Shown here: piece after piece, positions 12,211-23,530 of the stretch
Layout: every line of letters starts with the position of its first letter
Position numbering within the stretch: position 1 is the first letter of the stretch
DNA from: Bugula neritina
Lineage: Eukaryota > Animalia > Bryozoa
Assembly: GCA_964035545.1 (NCBI GenBank)
Contig: OZ037767.1
Location: 31,326,628 to 31,390,627 of the forward strand
DNA: 64,000 nt
Direction of reading: 5' to 3'
Notes under the pieces: model-generated
The model's database searches: none
Told to the model about the DNA's origin: nothing
The model's input: only the letters and a program-made list of their open reading frames with translations
Made by a program: the position numbers and the translations under genes

Positions 12211-14759
12211 TGGGTGACTATGATGACGAAGATGACCCAACCATAGCCACCAACAAATACAATGTCCTCCCGGTGTGGGGTAATGAAAAGTCAATGAATC
12301 TGAATTCTCTGATCCTCTCCAACATACAAGGCTCCCCGTACTTCAAAGTGAAACTGTTTGGTCTGAAGACGTATCATGAGGTTATTGACGAAATATACTA
12401 CCAGGTGGGACATCTCCTCTCTGGACAGCTAACGTAGTCCTGCTATTGTTTTGACACAGTAATAAAGTAACACTGAGAAGAAGTTTTTACCAAATTATTT
12501 TCTGTTTTGAGTATTTAGATTGTATACTGACTCACTATTTGTTACAGATTTGGCATGGAAAAGTGTTAGCTTAGGCCAGCATGTTATTGCTTATTTATTT
12601 AGTTAGTTCTTATTTTTCATTATTCTATGTAAGTAGCATATATCGGTGTTAGTCTACTGACAATGGTGAAGTACGGAGGTTTAAAACTGAAATGTATATA
12701 AAGCCCATAGTTGTATCCAAGTTCAGACAGCTCTCTAAGTCAGTCAAAGGTCAAGGCATCTATTTGCTACCGAGGTTACTAGTGACGTTGTGTTTGCAGG
12801 TGTCACACGTCGAGCCCTGGGAGGCAGGCAGTCGCAAAGTTGGAGGTCAGACTGGGATGTGTGGGGGCGTGAGAGGGGTTGGCGCAGGTACGTGTTGGTG
12901 GTAAGTCACTCTATGCTTTGCCATATCTGTTGTCTTCCACTATCCTGTGCTGTAGAAATAAGTGTTGCTAGTTACTCAGACCTACTTATTTGTCTGTCTT
13001 GACAACTCCAATACAATATTATCTGTGCCATAGTCGGCGAGGTCTGTTAGCCAGAGTATGAACTGTCACACTGGAGTTGTCTTTTCTAGGTGGGATTGTC
13101 TCCTCGGCCTTCTGTCTCCTCTACAAGCTGTTCACCTTGAAGCTGACGAGGAAGCAACTGACTGGCATGCTGGACCACTGCGACTCCCCTTACATACGCT
13201 GCCTGGGGTTCATGTATGCTCGTTACACGCTGCCACCGGCTGACCTCTGGGACTGGTTCAAGGACTACCTGGCTGATGAGGAGGTACGTTGGGAGCGGTG
13301 AGTGACGTCACTTCAGATGCTTCTCACCTGTCATCAGTGTATGAGTAATCTGCTAGTCTGTGTATGAGTAATCTGCTAGTCAGTGTATGAGTAATCTGCT
13401 AGTCAGTGTCTGAGTAATCTGCTAGTCAGTGTATGAGTAGTCTGCTAGTCAGTGTATGAGTAATCTGCTAGTCAGTGTATGAGTAATCTGCTAGTCAGTG
13501 TATGAGTAATCTGCTAGTCAGTGTATGAGTAATCTGCTAGTCAGTGTATGAGTAATCTGCTAGTCAGTGTATGAGTAATCTGCTAGTCAGTGTATGAGTA
13601 ATCTGCCATCATGTGTCACAGGAAGTAGATGTTAAAGCTGGCGGCGGATTGGTCATGTACATGGGAGACGTTGTGAGAGACTTCCTGTTGAAGCTTGATT
13701 GGTTCGGTGCCTTGTTTCCCAGAATCCCCGTGCCGATTCAGAAGATTATTGTAGCCAATATGAAGGAGTACGGACCTTCTATCAAGGAGCAGTACCAGGA
13801 AGAGGCTCTCAAGGCCGAGCAAGATAAGTAAGTGAGAAAGTCATAACTGGACTATCAGAGTCACACTATGAAATATATAGAGAAGCTGTGACAAAATAAA
13901 CACACTGTCTGTTTAAACAGGTTCTCAATGGTTCTACTATAGCTACCATCATCATAGCTGGTGTGTATTTAAATCACATGTTTTCTGGAAGAGATGTTCT
14001 GTTTTATTTCCTAAAAGGAATAGCTGTTGTAGTTTGTTGTTACCGTCTCCTTATTCTCTGCGTTATCATGAGGCTTTGGTTTCACAGAGTTCAAGCCGAG
14101 AGAGAGGAGCGAGAGGCGAGGGTGAAGCAGAGGTACGATGCAGACCGGGCAAGGAAAGACCAGAGGAGAGACGATCACAGAGAGTCTGACAGAGACTCCA
14201 GGGGTCGACACGGTGGATCCAGTAGGGGGAAGGACTACGACAGTAGAGACAGGGACAGAGATAGATACAGAGAGAGTCGAACTAGTGACAGGTGAGTGTA
14301 GTGTGTGACAAGTGAGTGTAGTGTGTGACAGGTAAGTGTAGTGTGTGACAGGTTAGTGTAGTGTGTGACAGGTGGCTGCAAGTAGTTATAAGTGTAGTTC
14401 ATGTTTTACAGATCACACAGAGACAAAGACAAAAGGCGGAAGGATGATGATTTCTCAAAAGAGCTGAAGAAAGCTAAAGACAGAGTGAAAGATGAGCGTC
14501 GAAATGACAAGAAACGTAGCAGGTCTGTACTTGACGCTGCAACTATTTACTAAACAACGTCAGATTGTGTCTTCTACTTATGAATATGTGTATGTAGTAT
14601 ACCCTTCTACTATACCCTCTTAATAAGACAAAGAATTATTTCTGGTTTTTCAGATCCAGAGAAAGAAAAAAGCGTTCAAGGTCACGAGAAAGGAGACGTT
14701 CAAGGTCACGGGAGAGATCTAAAGAGAAATCACATCGTAGCAGACGTTCGAGATCGTAA
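12211..14759 (+). CDS. PRPF38B: Pre-mRNA splicing factor 38B; exons 12211-12404, 12800-12887, 13090-13283, 13622-13827, 14088-14291, 14412-14522, 14654-14759; start codon in an unresolved upstream exon (candidate 11012-11060)
   Basis: NVLPVWGNEKSMNLN...SPYFKVKLFGLKTYHEVIDEIY; HVEPWEAGSRKVGGQTGMCGGVRGVGAGGIVSSAFCLLYKLFTLKLTRKQL; SPYIRCLGFMYARY; DVKAGGG...LFPRIPVPIQK; then an RD/RS-rich tail ending RSRERRRSRSRERSKEKSHRSRRSRS*. Phases consistent. Confidence 0.95.
13335..13606 (+). repeat. 23-bp minisatellite (CAGTGTATGAGTAATCTGCTAGT) x~12, filling most of a PRPF38B intron
   Basis: Directly visible, near-perfect copies. Confidence 0.95.
14285..14374 (+). repeat. 20-bp tandem repeat (GTGACAGGTGAGTGTAGTGT) x4.5 that reiterates a PRPF38B 5' splice site
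   Basis: First unit spans the exon/intron boundary at 14291/14292. Confidence 0.9.
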
Positions 14760-16350
14760 CTCCGAGTCACATGATGCTAGTAAATGGTCACTGTATATAT
14801 ATAACTCTAGTAGTCACTACCTCGACTCCACCCACCTGTTTGGTAACTCTCCACCCACCTGCATGGCGCTGTCAGTTGATAACTGGGATGGATCTTCACA
14901 AAGCTGTATAGTTACTTGTTACTTGATGGTATATATCATCAGTTGCAAAAGTCGTTCTTCAAACTTTTCCTAATTAACCCAAGAAATATGCAATAGTATT
15001 TTTCAACTCTCAATTCCTAGATGTAAATGTAATGCTTTGTACAATATGTATCATAATTTAGGTGTCTACTTTTGAAGTAAATATAAATTATATATTTCTT
15101 TTACAACTGTCTATTTTAAAGATGGAATGATGAATATATATATGAACACATAAACCTTGCTTGTTTTCTATATTTCTATATCAGTTATTACGTTGAAGGT
15201 GTAAAATGGTTGAAACTAGCATCCACTATTCACTAACACTCAGTGATAAGTTTATAATAATGTGTTAAGTATGATACACACATGTCTGTGATTAAACCTT
15301 TCCTCTGTGTTACATGTACTCCATAAACTAATGGCTGTAATATTTATAATAATAACTCGTCGACTTTAGTTGGCATATTTACTAAAAATATCAGATTAGC
15401 ATGTGAATATTTTGAAAGAGATTGCCAATAATTCGCTGCGCTAGGATATTTTTTAATACATAAATCAAGGCTAAAAAATACATAAACATCTTCGAATCCA
15501 GCTTAAAAGGGGTGACCTTTTGACCCCATAGCAGAGGTTATAGCACCTGCATGGTATTCAACAGCCCCTCTCTATGGTCTCTTCTTTATCACATGCCAAC
15601 GTTCTTACAACTGAAGTAGACATGATGAACAATTAGGAATAAATAAACTTATTATTGTAATATAACACCTCACAAACTATTCGCAGTTTTAATGTAATAT
15701 TATTTTTATGTATAATATAAGAGTTATAAAAATAGTATTACACAGTAACAGGTTATAGTAGAGGATCTACATTATAAAGCAATTTACAATCAAGAAACAT
15801 GCAGCTATGACAAGTTACAAAACACCATAGCCGCATCACTCAACATCCGCTTAGATTAAGGGTGGGAGCTTGACTGCCACTTGAACCCAATTCACAGGCT
15901 GAACTAATTGAGATTTTGACACACTTTAGCAGTATGCATTTATGTGTGTTGTTCAAATTGTTTCTTGAACAAAATATTATAAATGTTTTTATACTTTCAT
16001 AACAGTTCACAGCATAATCTCGGTTTAACTAATTACCAATTAAGGTTATGATATAGCTTTAACAGCTGTTAAGACTTGCTGCTAATGATTTAGTACTTAT
16101 ACCATGCAATGCATGATTACACCAGATAGTAGAGTAACAGTCAGCGATACCACAAAAGGCATTATGAGTCAAAGTTACTCAACTTTTACACAAAACTTAT
16201 GGTGGATTATCTCTGATGACATTGTATGTAGATTGTTCCTTCATTTGTCTTTATAATAATAATGGATCATTAGTCCTCTCTGCCTTATAAGCAGGTCTGT
16301 TTTAGCACCAATATCAGAGTGTAGATTAGCATTCTCTGTAAGCGGTCAGA

Positions 16351-17588
16351 ATGTTTGTGAGAGTTGTCATTCCTTTGATTCTACTGCCAGCTATAATAGC
16401 AGCTACTACAGGTGAGGAATAAAATAACTTCTGCTGGTTTTTTATTTCAGAAAATATTTATGTTTTCCAGAATTTGTAAATTATATTTAAGATTTGCTTT
16501 GTCTACAGCATAGATCGATCAGACTTTCACTGTACATTTCTATCATAACCATGTGTTATGTGTATAGAGAGAGTAGGTTTATTTGCTCTATGTGCACTAT
16601 TCTTTTATTTTACGATGCTTGGAAGACATGACCCTTGTTACTATAATGACAGTTGAATAAAGTTACAACATTATATTTTGCTAATCGAAGAACTGAGTAT
16701 ACTTTATTTGCTTTTCCGAACAAATCACAAACTCTGTTGTTAAAAAGTTTCAGCTGAAAAAGATTTCCAGGATCTTAAAACCACCAGACGTCACAATCCA
16801 GCACAGCGCAACGTCTGTCCGAGAAATGTGGGGCCCCGAAAGGTGCCTTGTGTTAAAATTGGACCTCACAAGTGTAAGAATGATAAAGACTGCAAGGGGT
16901 CTAAAATATGCTGCGGTGAGTAAAATCACACATTTACATGTATATAACAAAATTTAACCTGAAGTGGCTCAAAAAATGTGTATCATCTTTTAGGCCAACA
17001 TAGAAATAAGCTACACGCATGTGAATATTGTGTATTTTGATCTAATATGCTACGTAGTTCTTAAAACAATTGCATACACACATACATCTCTGCCTTAGTT
17101 ATAGTTTTATTGTTCAAATAAAACTATTTGTATTTATAACTATTGTGTTTAAACTGTCTAGGGTGTCCACGGGTTTGTGTTCAGCCAATAAGACGTCTCC
17201 ATAGAAGAAATAAACCAGAAAGGTATGCTGAAATGTAGTCCTTCAACTGTATGTAGTACTATGCTTAGAAACCATGATTACTAAATTAATTAAAATAATA
17301 AATAATCATGATTACAAAAAGTTACAACAGATAATCTAATTTTTAGAAAATACTCTAGACTTAAATAACATCCTGTTCACATTACATGCCAACAAAATGT
17401 GCTTATACAATTCAGCGAAACATATTATATTAAAATCTATATTTAGATGTCAGAAAAAGTTTAAGATTCCCAAAGTATGTAGAAGAATCAGAGTTAGAGA
17501 TCTGTGTGAGACTGATAGAAGCTGCCCGGGAAAGTTGAAGTGCTGCCGTGCTGGAAGATGTGGTCAGAGGAAGTGTGTTAGAACTTAG
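16351..17588 (+). CDS. Secreted cationic double-WAP-domain protein 1; exons 16351-16411, 16754-16915, 17162-17222, 17447-17588; 141 aa
   Basis: Signal MFVRVVIPLILLPAIIAATT; domain 1 CPRNVGPRKVPCVKIGPHKCKNDKDCKGSKICCGCPRVC; domain 2 CQKKFKIPKVCRRIRVRDLCETDRSCPGKLKCCRAGRCGQRKC. Eight Cys each with the WAP C-x5-C-x5-CC core; TATA-like TTATAA at ~16285. Confidence 0.85.
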
Positions 17589-18295
17589 TCATCTGGCAGC
17601 TGCAGGGAGCAGCATAATCTCCGTTACTACATTTCATATATAGGGCTATATACTATAGTTACATTATTATCATTTTATATATACATAGTGATAAATTATT
17701 GTCATATTGTATTGTGCACTACATTATAATTATATTATCTTGTATATTGCATAATCCTTATGTCACATTTTGTATTATACTGTCATCATAATATATAAAG
17801 TAAAACATTATCATTTTATACCGTGTGTTACACTATTATTATATTATATTGAGCTGTTGTACATCGACATAAATTGGTTATCTTGCATGTATTGTAAATA
17901 AGTGTCCATAAGGTGCATACCTCACAACAAATTAATATTTGAATAGAAATCAACCTGCTGAGGTAATTAACTGTCATGGATTTACTTTTTAATTTTAATA
18001 AAAGACTTGATACCAACGCAGTGCATGATAAACCAAAATGTATCTGTACTAATAACACATAAATCATAATTAAGAATATTATAGCCATAAATCGCAATGA
18101 TACTGCCGCTTTACACCAGCAAGTTATGGTATAATAATGTATACTATATTCATTCTCAATCACCATAGTGACAGAATCTATTACACGGTTGAGTGATCTC
18201 GTACTTGAGTGTACATTGAAGTACATTAACTCAAAGATTGTGAAAAGGAATATCTCATTTCTGATTCCAAAAGTGGTGAATGAATGCAGATATTG

Positions 18296-18385
18296 GATTG
18301 CAGTCCAGCAGTGAATAAAGACAGAGACTAGATTACAGTCCAGCAGTGAATAAAGACAGATAATAGATTACAGTCCAGCAGTGAA
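18296..18385 (+). repeat. 35-bp tandem repeat x~2.6 ending just upstream of the WAP2 ATG
   Basis: CAGTCCAGCAGTGAAT recurs at 18301, 18336 and 18371. Confidence 0.85.
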
Positions 18386-18397
18386 TTACAGAGCAAG

Positions 18398-19741
18398 ATG
18401 AGGATAGCTTACGGACTTCTTCTCATTTTACTCATCGTTTTGGTTGGTGAGTAAAATACTATTGCAAGTCGTACTCCACACATAAAATCTTGCGTTTCTA
18501 TATTCATGCATGTGTGTTTATATATAATATAGTATGATATGATATGAGATCATGTGATATAAGACCAAGTTTATGAGTGTATGCAACTCCAAATGCTTAC
18601 CTAGATACTCCTAATATTTGGGTGAACAGATGCCCCCAGTATTTCTCATTGTAGCTTCTCAATCATTATACTCGTATTGTAGTTTCGGATGCGCAGAGTG
18701 TAGCTAGATCCCGGAATAAGCGAGGACAGTGTCCTAGTGGAAGGTCACAGGTACGAAGAACTGGTTGCGCCAGGAATTCTCGTCGAAACAGATGTTCTAA
18801 CGATAGAGATTGTCCAGGAAGAAGGAAATGCTGTGGTAACAGAAATATTATGTTTGAATGATTATCAATAACTAATAATGAAGAACAGTGAGAATTAACA
18901 AAGCTTAGCTGAGTTTATCATAAATGGCGAAGGTTTTGTTCTCAAAGTAAGAAAAGGGTGATGAAGAATCTGGTGCAAGGGAAGAATCTATTAGTTTACA
19001 CATTCACACCTATAATCAGCTCATGTCTAGCTTATACTTCATGCTTCATAGGTTAATGGAATTGACAACAAAATATCCGATAATGCTTTGTGAGGAACCA
19101 ATGAGTCATTTAAAATCTCCATAAAGCTGATTGAACTTTTATGCAAGTTTTCTTCTATGGGAATTACCCTGTATACTACAAGTGTATTGTTTCTCTCTCT
19201 ACTATGCTTTGAAAGATCACATGAAGTATAAAAAATAGCAGCAAACTTTCTTGGTTGGACTCACTGTTTAGATGATGGATAACAGAGAACGTATAGTAAT
19301 ATTGTACCAATATACTCTCTACTGTGTTACTTTAGTGCTACATCAAGTATCTTATCATCTGTTGCTGATGAGTTTGGTATATTTGGGAGTTATTTCTCCT
19401 GATAAACTTGAATCACTGTTTCCAGGTTGTCCTAGAAGATGCAGACGTCCACAAAGAAACAGCAGGTGAGAGTTACTAGCTTTTATCAAATAACCTTCGC
19501 AATTCGTTAGTTATATCCAACGTTGTACTAAAGGACTGTTGTAATATAACCATTGTCTACTCATAGCAACAACGGGTGCCCTGCGTTACCATCCGTCCGT
19601 CCCGACATATGCCGAACGGTGAGAGTCGGAATATTATGTGACAACAACAGTGACTGCGAGGGACGAGAGATCTGCTGCCCGGGTGTCTGCGGGGGAACTT
19701 CCTGTATTCCGAGGAATTCTGTAGAGGCACCCTTAGGATAG
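18398..19741 (+). CDS. Secreted Arg-rich double-WAP-domain protein 2; exons 18398-18446, 18683-18835, 19426-19465, 19567-19741; 138 aa
   Basis: Signal MRIAYGLLLILLIVLVVSDA; domain 1 CPSGRSQVRRTGCARNSRRNRCSNDRDCPGRRKCCGCPRRC; domain 2 CPALPSVRPDICRTVRVGILCDNNSDCEGREICCPGVCGGTSC; same intron phases (1,1,2) as WAP1. Confidence 0.85.
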
Positions 19742-21581
19742 GCTGTATTTGCCTGCTATATACTTCAATATACTGTATACTATATACTGTCTGTTATATA
19801 CTATATACTATATAGTATATATGCTATCATATATTATGTTTTCTTATGTATTAGATTATATTATGCTATCACATATATTTATATGTTTACTCATATATAT
19901 GAAGTGTTGGTAAAAACTCTACTGATAACCATGAATGATAACAAAAAACACTATTTGTGTACTTATAGCAGCATAATTGGAGTTTTCTACCCTTTCAGCT
20001 TCTTGTATGCAGAATTTTAACAAATAAAATAGATAAACAATAGAGACATCACTTGTGTTTTTATTTTAAGCATGGCCTGTTAAAAAGCCTAGGTTCTTGC
20101 AAAACTTTGTAGCGTGAGAAGCCGTCAGACTGTAGAATCGAGTTACCACGCCCCAAACCTAAAGGTTAAACCAAACTATAAACTCAAGCTGATCAAATAT
20201 CTCTCTATCTAAAATATGTATTTGCATTGACAGTTCTCACTCTCTCTATAGTGAAGTTTATTTTTGAAACACAGATGGCTGGTCTGCTCAGATCATATAT
20301 ATTTCAGGGGGATGTGGGACTTGGGGGTAGAGGGGGTGGAAGCTAGGGTGGAGGGGTGGGGTTAAGGAGTGGAGGGTTTGCTAGTAGTTTAGAGCAATTT
20401 TATAAATATTTGTACATTTTAAAGATACAAATACATTCACATTTTCCACTATAAAAGCTATCCTGCAGAATTATTGCTAAGGAGAGCTGGGGGCGCAGGA
20501 TACGGCCCATCTTTAGTGCCTGTATAGGAGCTGAGTGGAAATAAAGCTACTAACCTCTACAAAGAATTGTTGTGGAAATAAAGTTGGAATGCTATGGACG
20601 CTGAAATCCCTAATAGAATTTGTTTAACTTAGCTGGCTTCCATAAAGTTGGTCAAACTAACGGGCTGGGAACATACTAGCCCCGTACTGTAAGAATAACA
20701 TTCTGCAGTATAATAATGCTAGTAGCTCATTGGTTAGAATGACTAATGATACTGTCATTAGTTGGCAACTTATTATTGTAACAGTGACAGTTTTTCTGCA
20801 TTTCACAATAGTTATCATCATGATGATATATATCATCAGCATGATACATATGCTATCACCTACTGTATACATATATGCCATCATGCATACTGTGGCCAGA
20901 TTTCGTGTTGAAGTTCATCATAGGTGCAGATGTATTATGGTTTGGCAGTGTGAAATAGTCAATAATGATAAACAATGATGTAATTCGATTTCTATCAACA
21001 AAAATCTCTTTGCAGGAAACAAAGTGTCTTTTAGAGTGTCGATAAATTATAGCAGAACACACTGAGTGTTTTTTTTTTGACTTTTTAGATGATTTCAAAG
21101 TTTCTATTAAATAATTTCAAGTAATATGACAATATCAAAATGCCTTGATTAGAACAGCTCAATAGCCAAACAAAGCACTTGCAAGTTAAATGTAGAATAT
21201 TGCTAGCAAATAATAGCAAGTAGTATATAGAAAGTATATAGCAAGTATAGTATAATATATCAAGTAGTATATAGCAAGTATATAGCAATTATAGTATAAT
21301 ATATTAAGCAGTATATAGCAAGTAGTATATAGCATTACAAGGACGACATGTAACATGCTACCACTCTCTCAAGTATGGTGAAGCCACCTTACCAGTATAA
21401 TTGATCGCCTGAACTTCATGGAAATAATCTCAAACATATAAAAGTAGAAATGTAAATAGAATAGAATAAGTCTTGGCATACAAAATCGGTTTGTCCATAG
21501 AAAATACTTGTGTAGGGTAACTCAAAAAGCATATTGTGACTATTTAATTGCTCCAAGTAGGTAATTTCGTTAGCCTCACTA

Positions 21582-21771
21582 TAGTAACTTGTTCAAGTCT
21601 CCACCCCTGTGAGAACCCCTAGTAACTTGTTCAAGTCTCCACCCCTGTGAGAACCCCTAGTAACTTGTTCAAGTCTCCACCCCTGTGAGAACCCCTAGTA
21701 ACTTGTTCAAGTCTCTACTCCTGTGAGAACCCCTAGTAACTTGTTCAAGTCTCCACTCTTGTGAAAACCCC
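21582..21771 (+). repeat. 38-bp minisatellite x5 (TAGTAACTTGTTCAAGTCTCCACCCCTGTGAGAACCCC)
   Basis: Units start at 21582, 21620, 21658, 21696, 21734. Confidence 0.95.
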
Positions 21772-21841
21772 TGATGACTTTAGCAAGTTTACGACTTCCA
21801 TTTTAGCTGAGAACATAGTTTAATGACCTTCAAATAGCACA

Positions 21842-21935
21842 GATGCCTTTCCTGGCAGCACCACTTAATCTGACTTGAACCCATGACCTTTGTCATACCA
21901 GGTCATCACTTTGACCACTAGAACACTCTGCCTCT
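21842..21935 (-). mobile_element. Degenerate tRNA-derived SINE head
   Basis: Minus strand has A-box-like TGTTCTAGTGGT, then B-box GGGTTCAAGTC, then GCTGCCAGGAAAGGCATC; a more decayed similar stretch is at ~22813-22900 (+). Confidence 0.45.
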
Positions 21936-22207
21936 AAAATAATGTAAAAATATTCCATATGATTTTGAATGTGCAAAATAGGAAGTTTATCGGAATTCAA
22001 GCAACTTTTACAAGATTAGATCTTAACTTAGCCAAAACTCAACCATGTAGAGTATATCATGTGCTTGGACTAGAATTTGACTTGACATTAAATGTTCAGT
22101 GCTTAGATATGAGATTTGTCAGTGTAAACCTGCATTTTATGTTTTATGATTATACAATCAATAGAGCATACCATATTTCAATATTGTATTTATATGTTAT
22201 AATAAAT

Positions 22208-22211
<4 letters not shown>

Positions 22212-22272
<61 letters not shown>
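22212..22272. repeat. (TA)n microsatellite followed by poly-T
   Basis: Directly visible. Confidence 0.97.
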
Positions 22273-22280
<8 letters not shown>

Positions 22281-23530
22281 TTTTTAATGCGCATGTAACA
22301 TGTTATAAATATAATTTAAAGTGTATACCATATAATAAATAATACATATTGCTTATATAGCTACACACTATGCAATGCATTATCATTTATTTATTTATTT
22401 GCATATTCAACACTATGTATTATATGAAACAACTGGTCATTTAAAACACAACAAGTTACATTATTATCATAATGGGTGTTATAGTGCCTGTGCCTTTTGC
22501 CAGCATCTCCTAAGCAGGTGGCAGGTATATACTATTCCTCAACTAAAGCTATAGACCTCAAAGTTGCTAATATAAAGGAGAAAGGAAGAGTAAAACAGAG
22601 GTCGAGAAACATTTAATTACTAAGAAGGGTGGTGACAGTAGATTGGAGTGGAACTTGTGGCTGGATTTGCAATATCTGGAGGAGAACCAGTTAAACAAGG
22701 CAATAGTACATAATACATAATACTGTATGCTCAATATAAATTACATATTCATTATATACAAGATTCTACACTAAATTATGTAATATTGCATGCTACATTA
22801 TATAATAGAACAGCTGTGCTCTAGCTGTCAAGTGCTGATTTAATGAGCACAAAGTCATGGGTTTAAATCGCTGTAAAGGCTACCAGTGATGTCAAGGAGG
22901 TCACACACTCTTGTGACACAATACAAACGGTCCTTAGCCTTTCCATCAGAGGTTCTCACAGGGATGCTGACTTTAAAAATAAATGCGAATTTAGTACATT
23001 ATAATTACATACTTCCATTGAAAGTTTTGTTCAGGTTAATGTAAGTTAATAACAGCCACCAAGCAGCTGCAACAGCAAACAAACATCTAAGCATCAGTAC
23101 TTTATGCAGATCATAGTAAAAGCTGCCAGCAGTAGTAAACAGCCAACAGCAATCAAACATGCAGTAACCTCTTCACTTCTGATGGAGAAACCACATATTT
23201 GACTTAAAAACATGCAAATCTTACTCAGCCTTTCAGTATGGTTACATCATCTTTGTTCATGCTCTGCACTGGGTATGGTTTTACCATATTTAGTTTTAGA
23301 AATGTTATTGCACCATCAAACTGTAGCATTCACCCGTGATTGGCTACTCCCTAATACTTGCTTACTATATAAACACTGTCGCATTGGTATGAACTGTAGA
23401 TTAACTTCTGTACAGAGTCACTGGATGTACTGCTGCTTTTACTTACGTTTATCCTAAATATTAGTGTCTTTTAGTGGAAATAGAAATACACTTTTAGCTG
23501 ACTTCGTATAATAAATCATTCAAGCTGAAG

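Noticed and set aside
13300-13345. Second hammerhead-like motif on the minus strand (CTGATGA-CAGGTG-AGAAG-CATCTG-AAG)
   Set aside because: GAAG instead of GAAA and no stem I pairing. Other CTGAnGA hits checked by eye (e.g. 6748, 10372) also lacked stem II plus GAAA.
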